Virus record (IMG/VR): IMGVR_UViG_3300012347_000246
Source: an uncultured virus (IMG/VR IMGVR_UViG_3300012347_000246)
Lineage: Duplodnaviria; Heunggongvirae; Uroviricota; Caudoviricetes
Strand: one strand, 5' to 3'
DNA length: 60,525 bases
This document shows positions 9,683-19,569 of the stretch, piece by piece (the first letter of the stretch is position 1; each line of letters starts with the position of its first letter). The translations under genes and the position numbers were made by a program. The notes under the pieces are model-generated. The model was not told where the DNA came from, ran no database searches, and worked only from the letters and a program-made list of their open reading frames with translations.

Positions 9683-10873
9683 TTACTGGAAGCTCAAGTT
9701 GCTTACAGCGATTTCTGCCAAGTAGTCAGCAGCGTTGCCCAATGAGCTAGCTGTGTTTGTCAACTCAACATAACCATAACGTGTCATGAAGCCAACTACT
9801 GGTTCGAAAGTAGATGGATCTAGAACAACACCAGAGCTCATCAATGGTACATATGGGCAATAGAACGCAGCAGCATCTGCTTCGCTAGAACCCTTGTAAC
9901 CAACTAGAACAGCTTGGCTGTCTTGTGCGTAACCGTCTACGTATACACGCATAGCACCGTTCAAAGTACCAACAAACTTAGTGTTTGTAGGAGCTTCGAA
10001 TGTACCTTCTGTTGTACGAGCAAATGCAGAAGTAGTTGCAGATTGCAATACTGTCAATGCGGCGCTAGAAACAACAGCCCAGTTACCAGCACCACGACGT
10101 GTGCGTTGTGCGATCAAGTTGCTAGCACGGTTGATCAAAACAGCTAAAGCAGCGTGTTCGTCACCAACGAATGTAGCAGTACCAGAAACGGTAGCTTGGT
10201 TGTATGTGTACTCAGTAGCAGCCAAAGAACGTAGAGAACCTAGGATCTCTTGGTCGATTTCAACTGTGATTTCTTGTGCCAAAGCAGCCATAACTTCTGC
10301 TTCAACGTCCAAGCCGTGCATAGCTTGTGCGTCTTGAGCAGCTTCAAATGTCCAACGTGCAGACAATTTACGTGTCTTAGCTTCAACAACTTGCTTCAAG
10401 ATTTGTACGTTGATACGGTTACCAGGTACGCCTTCCATTGTAGCTGTGCTGTTAGCTTTGCCAGCGCCAGTACCTTGGAATGTGCTACCAGAATACTGAG
10501 TAGCAATCTTGAATGGGCTCAATGCTTCGTCACCAGCAGCAGTTGTCTGGCTAGCATCAGCACTGTTTGTAACGCCATCAGCGTAACGTACACGTAGTGT
10601 ATGGATCTGTGCAACTGGGCCAGTCATTGGTTGAACACCAACTAGCTCGTTAGCAATAACAGTAGGCATAACGCGACGGATAACTGGCAAAATTACACGG
10701 TTAAGTGTAGCCACGCTACCTGCTGCTGTACCACCTGCTGTAGCAGATTCGCTCAACATCTTGCGAGTGTTCTCAAGGATCACACCCATTGTAGTTCTCT
10801 TAGAACCATTCAAGCCTTCTAACAGGGCTTCTTTGGTTTCGCCCCAACGGCTTTCTAATAATGCGGTTGTCAT
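9683..10873 (-). CDS. gp23: Major capsid protein, T4 gp23-like
   Basis: ELVGVQPMTGPVAQIHTLR, KQVVEAKTRKLSARWTFEAAQD, FYCPYVPL and FEPVVGFMTRYG motifs. Confidence 0.97.
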   Translation of the reverse strand: MTTALLESRWGETKEALLEGLNGSKRTTMGVILENTRKMLSESATAGGTAAGSVATLNRVILPVIRRVMPTVIANELVGVQPMTGPVAQIHTLRVRYADGVTNSADASQTTAAGDEALSPFKIATQYSGSTFQGTGAGKANSTATMEGVPGNRINVQILKQVVEAKTRKLSARWTFEAAQDAQAMHGLDVEAEVMAALAQEITVEIDQEILGSLRSLAATEYTYNQATVSGTATFVGDEHAALAVLINRASNLIAQRTRRGAGNWAVVSSAALTVLQSATTSAFARTTEGTFEAPTNTKFVGTLNGAMRVYVDGYAQDSQAVLVGYKGSSEADAAAFYCPYVPLMSSGVVLDPSTFEPVVGFMTRYGYVELTNTASSLGNAADYLAEIAVSNLSFQ

Positions 10874-10901
10874 AATATATTTTTCTCCTAATTAGGGTTA
10901 A

Positions 10902-12011
10902 TTATTTTAGCCCTGCTAAACGCTTCAAGTCGATGACATTAGTGTCAACTCTTGTTTCCGCGGCGTTTCTAGCAGCCTTATCTCCAGTAACTTCAACGCG
11001 GCTTTCGTTCACCATCTGCTTTTGTGGAGCAGGTGCGGATACGGCAGCTTTGCTGTTTAGTACAGCTGGTAGATATTTTTCGTAAGCGCCTTGCAATTTA
11101 CTTGTTTGGACACTTTCAAGTAGCTCGCTCATTACAGCGGCTTTCTCTTTGCTCAATGGTTTCATTAGATCAGACATTAATGCCTTACGATCTGCAGATT
11201 CCTTGATTACACGAATCTCTCTTTCTTTTGATTCAACTAAGGTAGCTTTTTCGGCAGCTTCACGACGAGCTTCAGCAACTTGTTGCTTAGTCTGTGTCAA
11301 TGCGGCTTGCAACTTAGCAATTTCTTTGTTCTCATTTAAGTGAGTAACGCTGAATTCGCTAGCAAAAGCTTCGAATAGACGACGACCAAACATGTTCTCG
11401 CGAGCAACTTGGATGTCTTCTTTTAGTTGAGTCAATTCTGACTCTAAATTCTTGGCAACAGCTTCTTTTACAAGGCCTGCACTACGAGCAATAAATTGCT
11501 GTTGTAGTTCAGCTAGTTTCTCTTTAGCACCAGCAATTAAGCGGACTTTAGTTTCAACTACAGCTTTCTTGTCTTGTTCAAACTCTTTTAGTTCTTCTGC
11601 AAGTGCCTTGATTACAAATGACTCTAACTTACCGATAGAGTTTTCATAAACTTGACGATCCTTACGAAGTTCTTGGATTTCTTCACTTAACTTGCTTACC
11701 ATGAAGTTGTTAAACTTCTTAGCACTTTCGTTCATGTGAACTTTGAACTTAACACGGTCTTCTGCTAATGCGGCTTTTTCTGTTTGGAATTCAGCCAATT
11801 CAGCAGTTAGACCTTCTGTTACCATTTTGTCTAGAGCCTCAACCATGACTTGTTTGTCATGCTGATAGCGTTGTGCAAATTCTTCACGAAGTTCTGCACG
11901 GGCACTCTCTTTAGCTTCGGAAAGACGAGCTTCCCAAGCCTCATTGATAGCCTGTTGAGTGCTTTCGTTAATAATGCCACTATCTAGCAATGGTTTGATA
12001 GCATCTAACAT
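10902..12011 (-). CDS. gp22: Prohead scaffolding/core protein, gp22-like
   Basis: Coiled-coil, E/K/A-rich 369 aa between the protease and capsid genes; many (L/I/V)xE sites. Confidence 0.85.
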   Translation of the reverse strand: MLDAIKPLLDSGIINESTQQAINEAWEARLSEAKESARAELREEFAQRYQHDKQVMVEALDKMVTEGLTAELAEFQTEKAALAEDRVKFKVHMNESAKKFNNFMVSKLSEEIQELRKDRQVYENSIGKLESFVIKALAEELKEFEQDKKAVVETKVRLIAGAKEKLAELQQQFIARSAGLVKEAVAKNLESELTQLKEDIQVARENMFGRRLFEAFASEFSVTHLNENKEIAKLQAALTQTKQQVAEARREAAEKATLVESKEREIRVIKESADRKALMSDLMKPLSKEKAAVMSELLESVQTSKLQGAYEKYLPAVLNSKAAVSAPAPQKQMVNESRVEVTGDKAARNAAETRVDTNVIDLKRLAGLK

Positions 12012-12025
12012 TAGGTTTTCTCCTG

Positions 12026-12652
12026 TTATACTTTAAGGTCTTTGATGAAGCGGGTTATTGCTTCTTTCATGTACTTTTGTACTTTTTGATCTTGAGAGGC
12101 ATCACGAGCCATCTCAAATATTTGCGAACCGCCCTTCATGTTCATAAGGCTTTCATAAATTGCTTTAGGATAAGCATTAGGAGCTGAGGGTTGTGCCACA
12201 ATATCTACTGTAATGATTTCAAAGTCACTTACATGACCGCTACTTTCATTAACGTTACCGGATCCACGGCTGCTAACACCTAACTTCACACCGCTAGTTA
12301 ACATTGACTTAACAAGTTCACCCATTGGTGTTGGTAGGATTTTTAGAGTACCGTATCCGCAAGGACCGTCCATCCACATTTTTTCAATCATGTGGGAGAC
12401 ACGATCTAAATTAATCTTTAAATCATCAGGATGGTCGACTTCGCCCAAGACACTGTATCCACCACTAATCTGTTCGTTAATGGTGGATACTGCCTTTTCA
12501 ATTTCATGAACAGGATATACACGCTGGTTAGCGTTCTTCACGCCTCCCTGGATGAATATCCCCTTCATTTTGAGATTCTTACCGTCGCCTTCGGACTCAA
12601 CTATAATGTTGGCACGATCGAAAGTAAGGTTTTCTCTTAGGTACAAAGCCAT
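12026..12652 (-). CDS. gp21: Prohead protease, gp21-like
   Basis: GIFIQGGVKNANQRVYP, LGEVDHP, GVSSRGSG and DIVAQPSAPNAY motifs. Confidence 0.95.
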   Translation of the reverse strand: MALYLRENLTFDRANIIVESEGDGKNLKMKGIFIQGGVKNANQRVYPVHEIEKAVSTINEQISGGYSVLGEVDHPDDLKINLDRVSHMIEKMWMDGPCGYGTLKILPTPMGELVKSMLTSGVKLGVSSRGSGNVNESSGHVSDFEIITVDIVAQPSAPNAYPKAIYESLMNMKGGSQIFEMARDASQDQKVQKYMKEAITRFIKDLKV

Positions 12653-12665
12653 ATTATTGTCCTAA

Positions 12666-13727
12666 TTACTTACGGCCGCCTTCAAGGCTTTTCTTGTTAA
12701 CACTTACGCTACCATCGGTAGTGCTACCTTCGGCATCTTTGCCTTTGGCTTTAGTGTTATAAAAGTCTTGTGCGCCTTTGTTGCCGCCAACTTTGTTTAC
12801 GTTACGCTTTGCAACATCAATTTCTTGTGCTGGCTTAACAAAACCACCTGCTTTAGCTTTTGTGCTGTTGCCATCAACATCACCTGCATCAGACTTACCA
12901 TTGGCGATGTTCTTTGCAGAACCGCCCATGTCATTCTTGCCAGCTACTGGGTTCTTTGTGTTAGTTGTGCCACGTGGAGTTTTGTTACCTGTTCCAACTG
13001 GGGTGCCTTCGCTGTTAGCTGGAGCAGCAACTTTTTCAACGTATTCACGCATCATTTCTGCTTCAGTCATCTTGCCAGACCCGCTTTTGCCAGAACCAGA
13101 TTTGCCAGAGCCGCTTGCGCCGCTACCAGACATACCAGATCCCTTTTTAGCAAATGGGTTTTCACCTTCAGCAAACATTTCTTCGTCGCTTGCTTCGTCT
13201 TCTGCACCACCGAACTCATCAGAGCCAGTACCGCTTTGACCATCGTCTTCACCTGCGCCGCCAAATTCAGCAGAGCCAGTACCACTTTGTCCGTCGTTTT
13301 CACCAGCTTCGTCGCCGCCGGTTAACTTAGCAAATTCGGCTTCTAAGCTGTCAATTGCATCACGGATGTTTTGGAATTCACCTTCGGCATCGCCGCCGCC
13401 AATGTCGCCACCTAAGTCGTCACCGCCCATGTCACCCATGTCGTCACCACCTAAATCATCGCCACCTAAATCATCGCCACCGTCTAATTCAATATCGCCA
13501 CCTTCTAGGTCGTCTTCACCTAAACCGTGGGTTTCGTCGCTAGCAACGTCTTGTGCTAGGTCGCCTTGTTGGTCGTACTGGTCGATGTTTTCATCAACTT
13601 GGTCTTCGTCCATTAGGCTTTCATAAATCTCACGAGACTTTTCAACTACAATAGAGTGAAAAAGCTCACGAGCTGCTTGTTCGTTTTCGTTGATGATGTG
13701 CTCAATCAACTGTTCATATTTGTTCAT
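12666..13727 (-). CDS. Acidic low-complexity prohead core/internal protein
   Basis: 353 aa with D/G/E-rich repeats (DLGGDD, GQSGTGSxEFGG x2, SGSGK x3). It lies between portal and protease, where T4 has gp67/gp68. Confidence 0.6.
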   Translation of the reverse strand: MNKYEQLIEHIINENEQAARELFHSIVVEKSREIYESLMDEDQVDENIDQYDQQGDLAQDVASDETHGLGEDDLEGGDIELDGGDDLGGDDLGGDDMGDMGGDDLGGDIGGGDAEGEFQNIRDAIDSLEAEFAKLTGGDEAGENDGQSGTGSAEFGGAGEDDGQSGTGSDEFGGAEDEASDEEMFAEGENPFAKKGSGMSGSGASGSGKSGSGKSGSGKMTEAEMMREYVEKVAAPANSEGTPVGTGNKTPRGTTNTKNPVAGKNDMGGSAKNIANGKSDAGDVDGNSTKAKAGGFVKPAQEIDVAKRNVNKVGGNKGAQDFYNTKAKGKDAEGSTTDGSVSVNKKSLEGGRK

Positions 13728-13823
13728 ATTAAAAATGTCCTTTCAATAATATGGCTTGTAAATTATTTACTAATCTACGCAGATTTCTACTTAATATCGG
13801 TGTTTTTTGAAGGATTTTAAGAA

Positions 13824-14066
13824 TTAAATACCAGGAGCGCCTAAGCCGCCGCCCTCTGGAGCAGCTTTATACTGCTTTGCTACCTTCTTAAGTTTGTCTT
13901 CATGTTCAAATTTTCGAATGTCGTTGGCCATGCGTAATTTGTTTAAGTGAGCTAAAGTCAACTTAGTCTTACGCATATCACCGAGCTTTACTACAGTATT
14001 ATCATCCTTCTCAGAACGATATCCTGGTAGATCGTTGTTGCCGTCAAAAATTTCCATTACGTACAT
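13824..14066 (-). CDS. Hypothetical protein in the head module
   Basis: 80 aa (RKTKLTLAHLNKLR); TAAATA 5 nt upstream of the ATG. Confidence 0.7.
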   Translation of the reverse strand: MYVMEIFDGNNDLPGYRSEKDDNTVVKLGDMRKTKLTLAHLNKLRMANDIRKFEHEDKLKKVAKQYKAAPEGGGLGAPGI

Positions 14067-14080
14067 ACAGTTATTTACCT

Positions 14081-15784
14081 TTAGATTCCAGCAGCTGGTG
14101 CAGGAGCTGGTGCTGCACCGCCTGCCTCTGGGCCTGCTCCCGGTGCTGCTGCACCCATGTCACCCATGTCACCCTCAGGTGGTGGAGCAACAGCTTCTAA
14201 GTCTTGGCTAATGCCGCCTGGAGTTACACCCACACTACGTAAATCTGCACCTGCTGCTGGGGCAGTTTCAACGTCACCTTGTTCTTCGTTCCATAGACGT
14301 TCGTTGTCATTCATTTCTTGTTCACTTAAGCCCAAGAAACGTTCCATTAACCAACGCTTAGAGAAGTAAGGGTATGCTTCTAATTGAGTAAATGTTGCAA
14401 TACGGGCCTGGTCCGCTTCTGCTTGACTGTAGCTCGCAAAGTTTTGTGGCTCTTCAAACACTAAATCAAACAAGCTGGAGTCGATATTAATACCTCTCCA
14501 ACGCATAAACATCTTAAACTCTTGGTCTAATTTGTCTACTACCATCGACTGCAAACGCTTGCAATACTGGTTAAAGCGCCATTCTTGAATCAAAGCTGTA
14601 CCAACTTTACCGTCGTTCATGCTTTGTGTTCCGTCTTCTAAGCCTGTTGGCAAATAGCTCGACGGGATTCGCAAGCCACGGAATAGCTTGTTAGTAAAGA
14701 AGCGTAAGTCTGTGATTTCGCCTAAGTTCTGACCACCTGCTAGTGTATCAACACTAGATCCTCGGCCATCTGCTGTCACAGGGAAGAAGTAGTCTTCGTT
14801 TGTGCTCAATGGATTGTATGTGGCATCCATCATGTTACCACCGCCACCTGTTTGTGTAGGAATGCGGCGTTGGGCAATTTCGTTTTTAATACGATCAACA
14901 AACGCCATAGCCATGTGTGTTGGCATGTTACCTACGTCAATTTTAAATACGCGGCGTTCCGGAGCACGTTGTACACGGTAGATAATAATCGCATCTTCAA
15001 GTAATTCTTTTTGCTTAAACACCTTGAAAACGTTCTCTAATACACTGTTACCAAAAGGCCAAAATACGTCTAAGCCTTCTGTTAAACTGATGTGTACAAC
15101 GTGTTCTGCGTTGATAACTGCTTCGTTTTGTTGATGTTGGAAACGTGATCCACCGCTAAATGGTGCGTTGGGCTGTGCATAGCTGCCACTTGGGCCACCA
15201 ACTTGTGGATGATTACTGAATGTGTCGCTGGTACTAACTGCTGTGACTGTTAAGTTTTGGAAGTTAGGGTTCAAGTCTTTAACGATATATTGCTCAGGCT
15301 TTTTGCCTTCTGCTTCGTTAACAATAACTTTGGTAACCTTGCTCATTTCAGTCCAGAACAACTTAAATGTTTCTGGATCACGGATAAACACTTGATCGCC
15401 GTACTTGATAACGTTACGGAAAATCTTAAAGATACGCTTGTTAAATTCATTTAGAGCCACCCACTGTTGTAGTTGCTCTTTGATAATTTTTACTTCGTTG
15501 TCTGTGGGTTTGTCTTTAAAGTGGATGTCAAATGCTGTGTTGTTTTCGTTGTTCTTCTGTGTTGAGAACTCTGCCAAAATGTCTAGTGCTGCATTAACTT
15601 CACTATCCATGTCCATCTGTTCGTACTGGTTGTAACGCTCAATACGGTTTGGGTGCCCGATGTAAATTTCAGGCAATGTGCTTTGGTAATTGCGGTAGCC
15701 AGGATCAACAGCTCTGCCGTTGCCTAAGGGACTTACGTTTGATGGTAAGTTTGCTGATTTAAAATACTTTTTCCAAGTTGCCAT
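14081..15784 (-). CDS. gp20: Portal protein, gp20-like
   Basis: LLEDAIIIYRVQRAPERRVFKIDVGNMP, EDYFFP, GGQNLGEITD and LRIPSSYL motifs. Confidence 0.95.
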   Translation of the reverse strand: MATWKKYFKSANLPSNVSPLGNGRAVDPGYRNYQSTLPEIYIGHPNRIERYNQYEQMDMDSEVNAALDILAEFSTQKNNENNTAFDIHFKDKPTDNEVKIIKEQLQQWVALNEFNKRIFKIFRNVIKYGDQVFIRDPETFKLFWTEMSKVTKVIVNEAEGKKPEQYIVKDLNPNFQNLTVTAVSTSDTFSNHPQVGGPSGSYAQPNAPFSGGSRFQHQQNEAVINAEHVVHISLTEGLDVFWPFGNSVLENVFKVFKQKELLEDAIIIYRVQRAPERRVFKIDVGNMPTHMAMAFVDRIKNEIAQRRIPTQTGGGGNMMDATYNPLSTNEDYFFPVTADGRGSSVDTLAGGQNLGEITDLRFFTNKLFRGLRIPSSYLPTGLEDGTQSMNDGKVGTALIQEWRFNQYCKRLQSMVVDKLDQEFKMFMRWRGINIDSSLFDLVFEEPQNFASYSQAEADQARIATFTQLEAYPYFSKRWLMERFLGLSEQEMNDNERLWNEEQGDVETAPAAGADLRSVGVTPGGISQDLEAVAPPPEGDMGDMGAAAPGAGPEAGGAAPAPAPAAGI

Positions 15785-15816
15785 TGTATATTCCGTGCGA
15801 ATGTATATTTACCGCT

Positions 15817-18339
15817 TTAACTCATGTTGTGCATAAGTCTTTCAGTGTAGTCTCTATTATCGCCCATAATCTTAATAAGGTCATCTAGCTTTGAGTTTTG
15901 CTCTTTAATTAACTCGGCCACATCCCCAGACGGTGCTGCGGCAGTAGAATTGCCGCCCATGCCCATCATTTTCATTAGCTCATCAATGCCGTGTGTGCCA
16001 GCTTTTGGTGCGCCACTGTCGGTTAATGGTAACACCAATTCTCTGTTGTGCAGCATTGCCATGTATCCGCTAGCAGGACCTGTTGCAATTCCACCTTCAG
16101 CAAAGTGTCCAGCAACAGCTTCGCCGCCTGCTTTACCCATTTTGCCGCCGCCCCATCCGCCTAGTATACCACCAATGATACCACCAATGGCAGTTCCAAC
16201 TAAAGGTACCACTGATCCTGCTATTGCCCCTGCTGCGGCGCCTGCTGCGGCGCCTGCAATACCGCCACCTGCTTCGCCAATTACACCGCCTTTGGCTTTT
16301 TTAGCGTCTTCGGCAGTAATTGTTCCTGCTGCTTCTTGTGCTTTAATGTCCTGGTAGTCACTAACGGCCATTACGCCGCCAGCGAGTGCGCCCACTGCTC
16401 CTGCACCTTTAGCCATACGTAGCAATCCACGCTTCCCCCCGGCCTTGCCCACTGCATCGGCTATTCCGCCACCACTAGCTGCGCCACCACCTTTAGCAAG
16501 AGACATTAATGCCGGGACAATTTGAAGTAATGCCGCACCGATTCCTAGCATACTAGCTACCCAAGGAGGCATCGTTGCGCCAGTTAGCCCTAAATCGGCC
16601 AACGCTTTTACAGATCCTTCGATGTCTTTGATAGTGTTAACAATTGCTTTCGAAAACTGAGGTAAGTTTTCTGCTGCAATGTCTTGCATCTTTAATGCAA
16701 AATTTTGTTGGACTTGCATTAAGTCAACGGCTTCATTTCCTTTAGTACCAGGTTTAGCTGTTTTGCCTTTTTCCAGTTCAGCAGCAATCTTGGCACGTTC
16801 TTCTTCTGTTTGGTTAAACTTTTGCATGTATTGGAAAGATGCATTTTGACTTGCGGCTGCGGCTTTTGCATCTTCAGACCCTGCTTGTGCCAACGCTTTG
16901 TTTGCCATGGCAGCATCGTGTGCTTCTTTTGCGTTTGCCTTTTGAATTTCTTGCTGTCTCTGAGCACTTAAAGATCCGTCCAATGCAGCTTTATACGACT
17001 GTTCATTTGCTTTTGCGATACCACTGTTAGTAGCTTCTGTGATAGCCAAATCCTTACTAACTAAGGTACCATAGATCATACGTTCACGGAATGCACGTTG
17101 TTGATCAGCACTCATGTTCATCATTGCTTCGTTGATCTTTTTACGTTCCGTTTCGTTCATGCCATCAAGCTGTTGGTTAAATGCCAATGTATCATTGTCT
17201 TGACGTAATTTATCTTGTTTTGCTTTAGTATCTTCACCTGTTAACGCTGATAGTATTTTTAAATTTTTGGCGTAGTCTTCTGTTTGCGCCGCAATTTCAG
17301 CTTGACTTGCTTTTAGTTTACCACTCGGACCAGCCATCATTGCCATAGTTTGGGCGTATGCATCGGCTTGCTGCTCCATATTCATTCCAAGAGCAAACAT
17401 ACCTTTGCGTGCCGACTCGCCGCCTGCTGCCATTGCGCCTGCTAACTTTTTAGAAGCTTCGCCTACGCCAATGCCCAACTTAGACAAAATATCTTTATTT
17501 GCACTAACAGACTTAGAGAATTGTTCTAAGGTCATACCAGCAGTAGTTGCTGTTTCGACCATTTTTAACATACCACCAGAGAACACTGCGCCGCTGTTAT
17601 TCAACTCGCTAAAGCCAGCAATCATCTTCTGAGTCTGAGACAACATAAAGCCAATACCGGCTTTTGCCAACTCACTCACGCTGTTGCTTAAGAATCCTAA
17701 CGCTGCACCTGCAACAGTAGCAGCTACACCAAACTTGCCCATTTTGCCGCCGGCACCTGCTGTGGCTGCGCCAAAATCTCCGAGAGCTTTTGCACCAACT
17801 TGTGTTGCTGCATTAGCCGTGTCGATGTTTGATGACATAAAGTCTGTTGCAACTTTAAGGGCATCGCCACCACCAAGTGCAGATTTAGCAGCATTCGTAA
17901 ACGAGTTAGCAACTCCTTTAATAACAGTGCCACCTAGCTCGCCCATGCTGGACTTAAAGATCTCGTTAACTTTTAGACGCGAGTTTTCTGCTTCTAAGTC
18001 TTGTTTCTCTTTAAGTAGCTGTGCTTTCTTTACTTTGTCAGAAGTTTTGTTTACTTCATCACGTAGTCTACCCAACTCTGCTTCAAAATCTTGTGCTGTT
18101 GTAGCACCTGCATTTAGTTTGTTCCGCAGGTTATCAATACCTGTCTTGGTATTGTCGTAACTCTTTTCCGTCTTTTTACGGTATTCTTCTCTGCTTTTGG
18201 CTTCACGGGACCATGCATCACGCATGTCGTCGGCATTCTTCCCGAACAGCTTAGCCAGGTTCTTTAATGCTTCCTCGGACTGACCCATCGAGTTCTTTAA
18301 GTCCTCGGTTTTCTTATTAATTTCGTTTTCGTCAGCCAT
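15817..18339 (-). CDS. Tape measure protein-like
   Basis: 840-aa A/G/K-rich helical protein with hydrophobic Gly-rich segments and a C-terminal FAEGGIATGP..LHNRELVLPL motif; adjacent to chaperone-like gp26/gp51. Confidence 0.7.
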   Translation of the reverse strand: MADENEINKKTEDLKNSMGQSEEALKNLAKLFGKNADDMRDAWSREAKSREEYRKKTEKSYDNTKTGIDNLRNKLNAGATTAQDFEAELGRLRDEVNKTSDKVKKAQLLKEKQDLEAENSRLKVNEIFKSSMGELGGTVIKGVANSFTNAAKSALGGGDALKVATDFMSSNIDTANAATQVGAKALGDFGAATAGAGGKMGKFGVAATVAGAALGFLSNSVSELAKAGIGFMLSQTQKMIAGFSELNNSGAVFSGGMLKMVETATTAGMTLEQFSKSVSANKDILSKLGIGVGEASKKLAGAMAAGGESARKGMFALGMNMEQQADAYAQTMAMMAGPSGKLKASQAEIAAQTEDYAKNLKILSALTGEDTKAKQDKLRQDNDTLAFNQQLDGMNETERKKINEAMMNMSADQQRAFRERMIYGTLVSKDLAITEATNSGIAKANEQSYKAALDGSLSAQRQQEIQKANAKEAHDAAMANKALAQAGSEDAKAAAASQNASFQYMQKFNQTEEERAKIAAELEKGKTAKPGTKGNEAVDLMQVQQNFALKMQDIAAENLPQFSKAIVNTIKDIEGSVKALADLGLTGATMPPWVASMLGIGAALLQIVPALMSLAKGGGAASGGGIADAVGKAGGKRGLLRMAKGAGAVGALAGGVMAVSDYQDIKAQEAAGTITAEDAKKAKGGVIGEAGGGIAGAAAGAAAGAIAGSVVPLVGTAIGGIIGGILGGWGGGKMGKAGGEAVAGHFAEGGIATGPASGYMAMLHNRELVLPLTDSGAPKAGTHGIDELMKMMGMGGNSTAAAPSGDVAELIKEQNSKLDDLIKIMGDNRDYTERLMHNMS

Positions 18340-18350
18340 GTGGTTTTTTA

Positions 18351-18384
18351 CCCATAAATATATACAATATCAATTATTTATGGG
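18351..18384. promoter_or_regulatory. Face-to-face pair of late promoters
   Basis: CCCATAAATA (18351-60) and TATTTATGGG (18375-84) form a perfect 10-bp inverted repeat between divergent genes. Confidence 0.7.
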
Positions 18385-18392
18385 ACTTAAAC

Positions 18393-19238
18393 ATGTCAAA
18401 TTCTAGCAATCCACTTGCAAAACACTTTCGCCAACCTGCTTTGTACATTAAATTAACCAGCAAAGGCAAGTTCTGGCGTGAAGGAGCTTTAGAGCAGCCA
18501 GCCATTGGTGAAATCCCAGTGTACCCAATGACTGCCAAGGACGAGATTATTCTACGTACACCAGACGCACTAGTTAACGGAACCAGCGTAGTTCAAGTTA
18601 TTGAAAGCTGCTGCCCAAACGTTAAAGATGCGTGGGCCATGCCCAGCGTTGACGTAGACAGCACACTAATTGCTATCCGTATTGCCAGCTACGGCGAAAA
18701 GATGCCAATCAGCAGCAAGTGCCCACACTGTGGCGAAGAAAACGAATATGATCTAGACTTGAATCATATTTTGCGCCAAGTACAAATGCCAGATTACTCT
18801 ACTCCTGTTAAAACAGATGACGGACTAGAGATTTACTTAAAGCCCATGGACTATGCTCATGTAAGCAGAGCAGGTGCTATTCAACTTGAAGAAGAAAAGC
18901 TAATTCAAGCACTCAGTGATCCGGACTTAGATGAAGAGATTCGCAAGTCAGAGTACGACAAGCATATCAAGAAAATGATTGATCTCAACTTGGATAACAT
19001 CACAGGCTGCACGGACTTCATTATGGCAGATGGAGAAAAGGTAAGTGATGAAGGATTCATACGTGAGTATTACTCAAACGCAGAAGCAGAAGTTATGCGT
19101 GATATTCAGGCACGTATTGCTGAGTATGGTAAATCAGCAGGACTAAAGCCATATGACACAACATGTAGTGATTGCAGTAGTGATTTCCAAATGAACGTGG
19201 ATTTCGATTACTCAAGTTTTTTCGCAAAAGGCTTTTGA
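18393..19238 (+). CDS. gp26: gp26-like baseplate hub/tail assembly protein
   Basis: PVYPMTAKDEIIL, DVDSTLIAIRIASYGE, CPHC and CSDC Zn-like pairs; ends ..SSFFAKGF. Confidence 0.8.
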   Translation: MSNSSNPLAKHFRQPALYIKLTSKGKFWREGALEQPAIGEIPVYPMTAKDEIILRTPDALVNGTSVVQVIESCCPNVKDAWAMPSVDVDSTLIAIRIASYGEKMPISSKCPHCGEENEYDLDLNHILRQVQMPDYSTPVKTDDGLEIYLKPMDYAHVSRAGAIQLEEEKLIQALSDPDLDEEIRKSEYDKHIKKMIDLNLDNITGCTDFIMADGEKVSDEGFIREYYSNAEAEVMRDIQARIAEYGKSAGLKPYDTTCSDCSSDFQMNVDFDYSSFFAKGF

Positions 19239-19453
19239 TACTAGACTACGAAGATAGCGTTTCATTGATTGAGCAACAGGAACGCGAATCAAAAGCCATC
19301 AAAGAAGAACTGCTTAGAATATGTTGGTATATGAGGGGTGGGATATCCTATGATGATGCTGCATTGCTAAGTCAGCAAGAGCGTACTATCATTGATAAGA
19401 TCATTAAGGATAATATGGAAACTACTAAGAAATCAGGATTGCCATTCTTTTGA
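19235..19453 (+). CDS. gp51: gp51-like hub assembly protein, probably expressed as a -1 frameshift extension of gp26
   Basis: ICWYMRGGISYDDAALLSQQER motif; weak TTG start with no RBS; lies in the -1 frame after T TTT TTC. Confidence 0.65.
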   Translation: MILDYEDSVSLIEQQERESKAIKEELLRICWYMRGGISYDDAALLSQQERTIIDKIIKDNMETTKKSGLPFF

Positions 19454-19472
19454 TATTAGAAGTAATCCTTAA

Positions 19473-19517
19473 AGATGTACTACGTACATCTGTTGTTATC
19501 GCTATCGCTCAACAACA
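19473..19517. terminator. Twin hairpins at the convergence point of two transcription units
   Basis: AGATGTAC-TAC-GTACATCT (19473-91) and TGTTGTT-ATCGCTATCGCTC-AACAACA (19491-19517). Confidence 0.5.
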
Positions 19518-19569
19518 TTATTAAATCAAGATAGTAAACTAAAAATTAATTTACTAACTTCATTTAATT

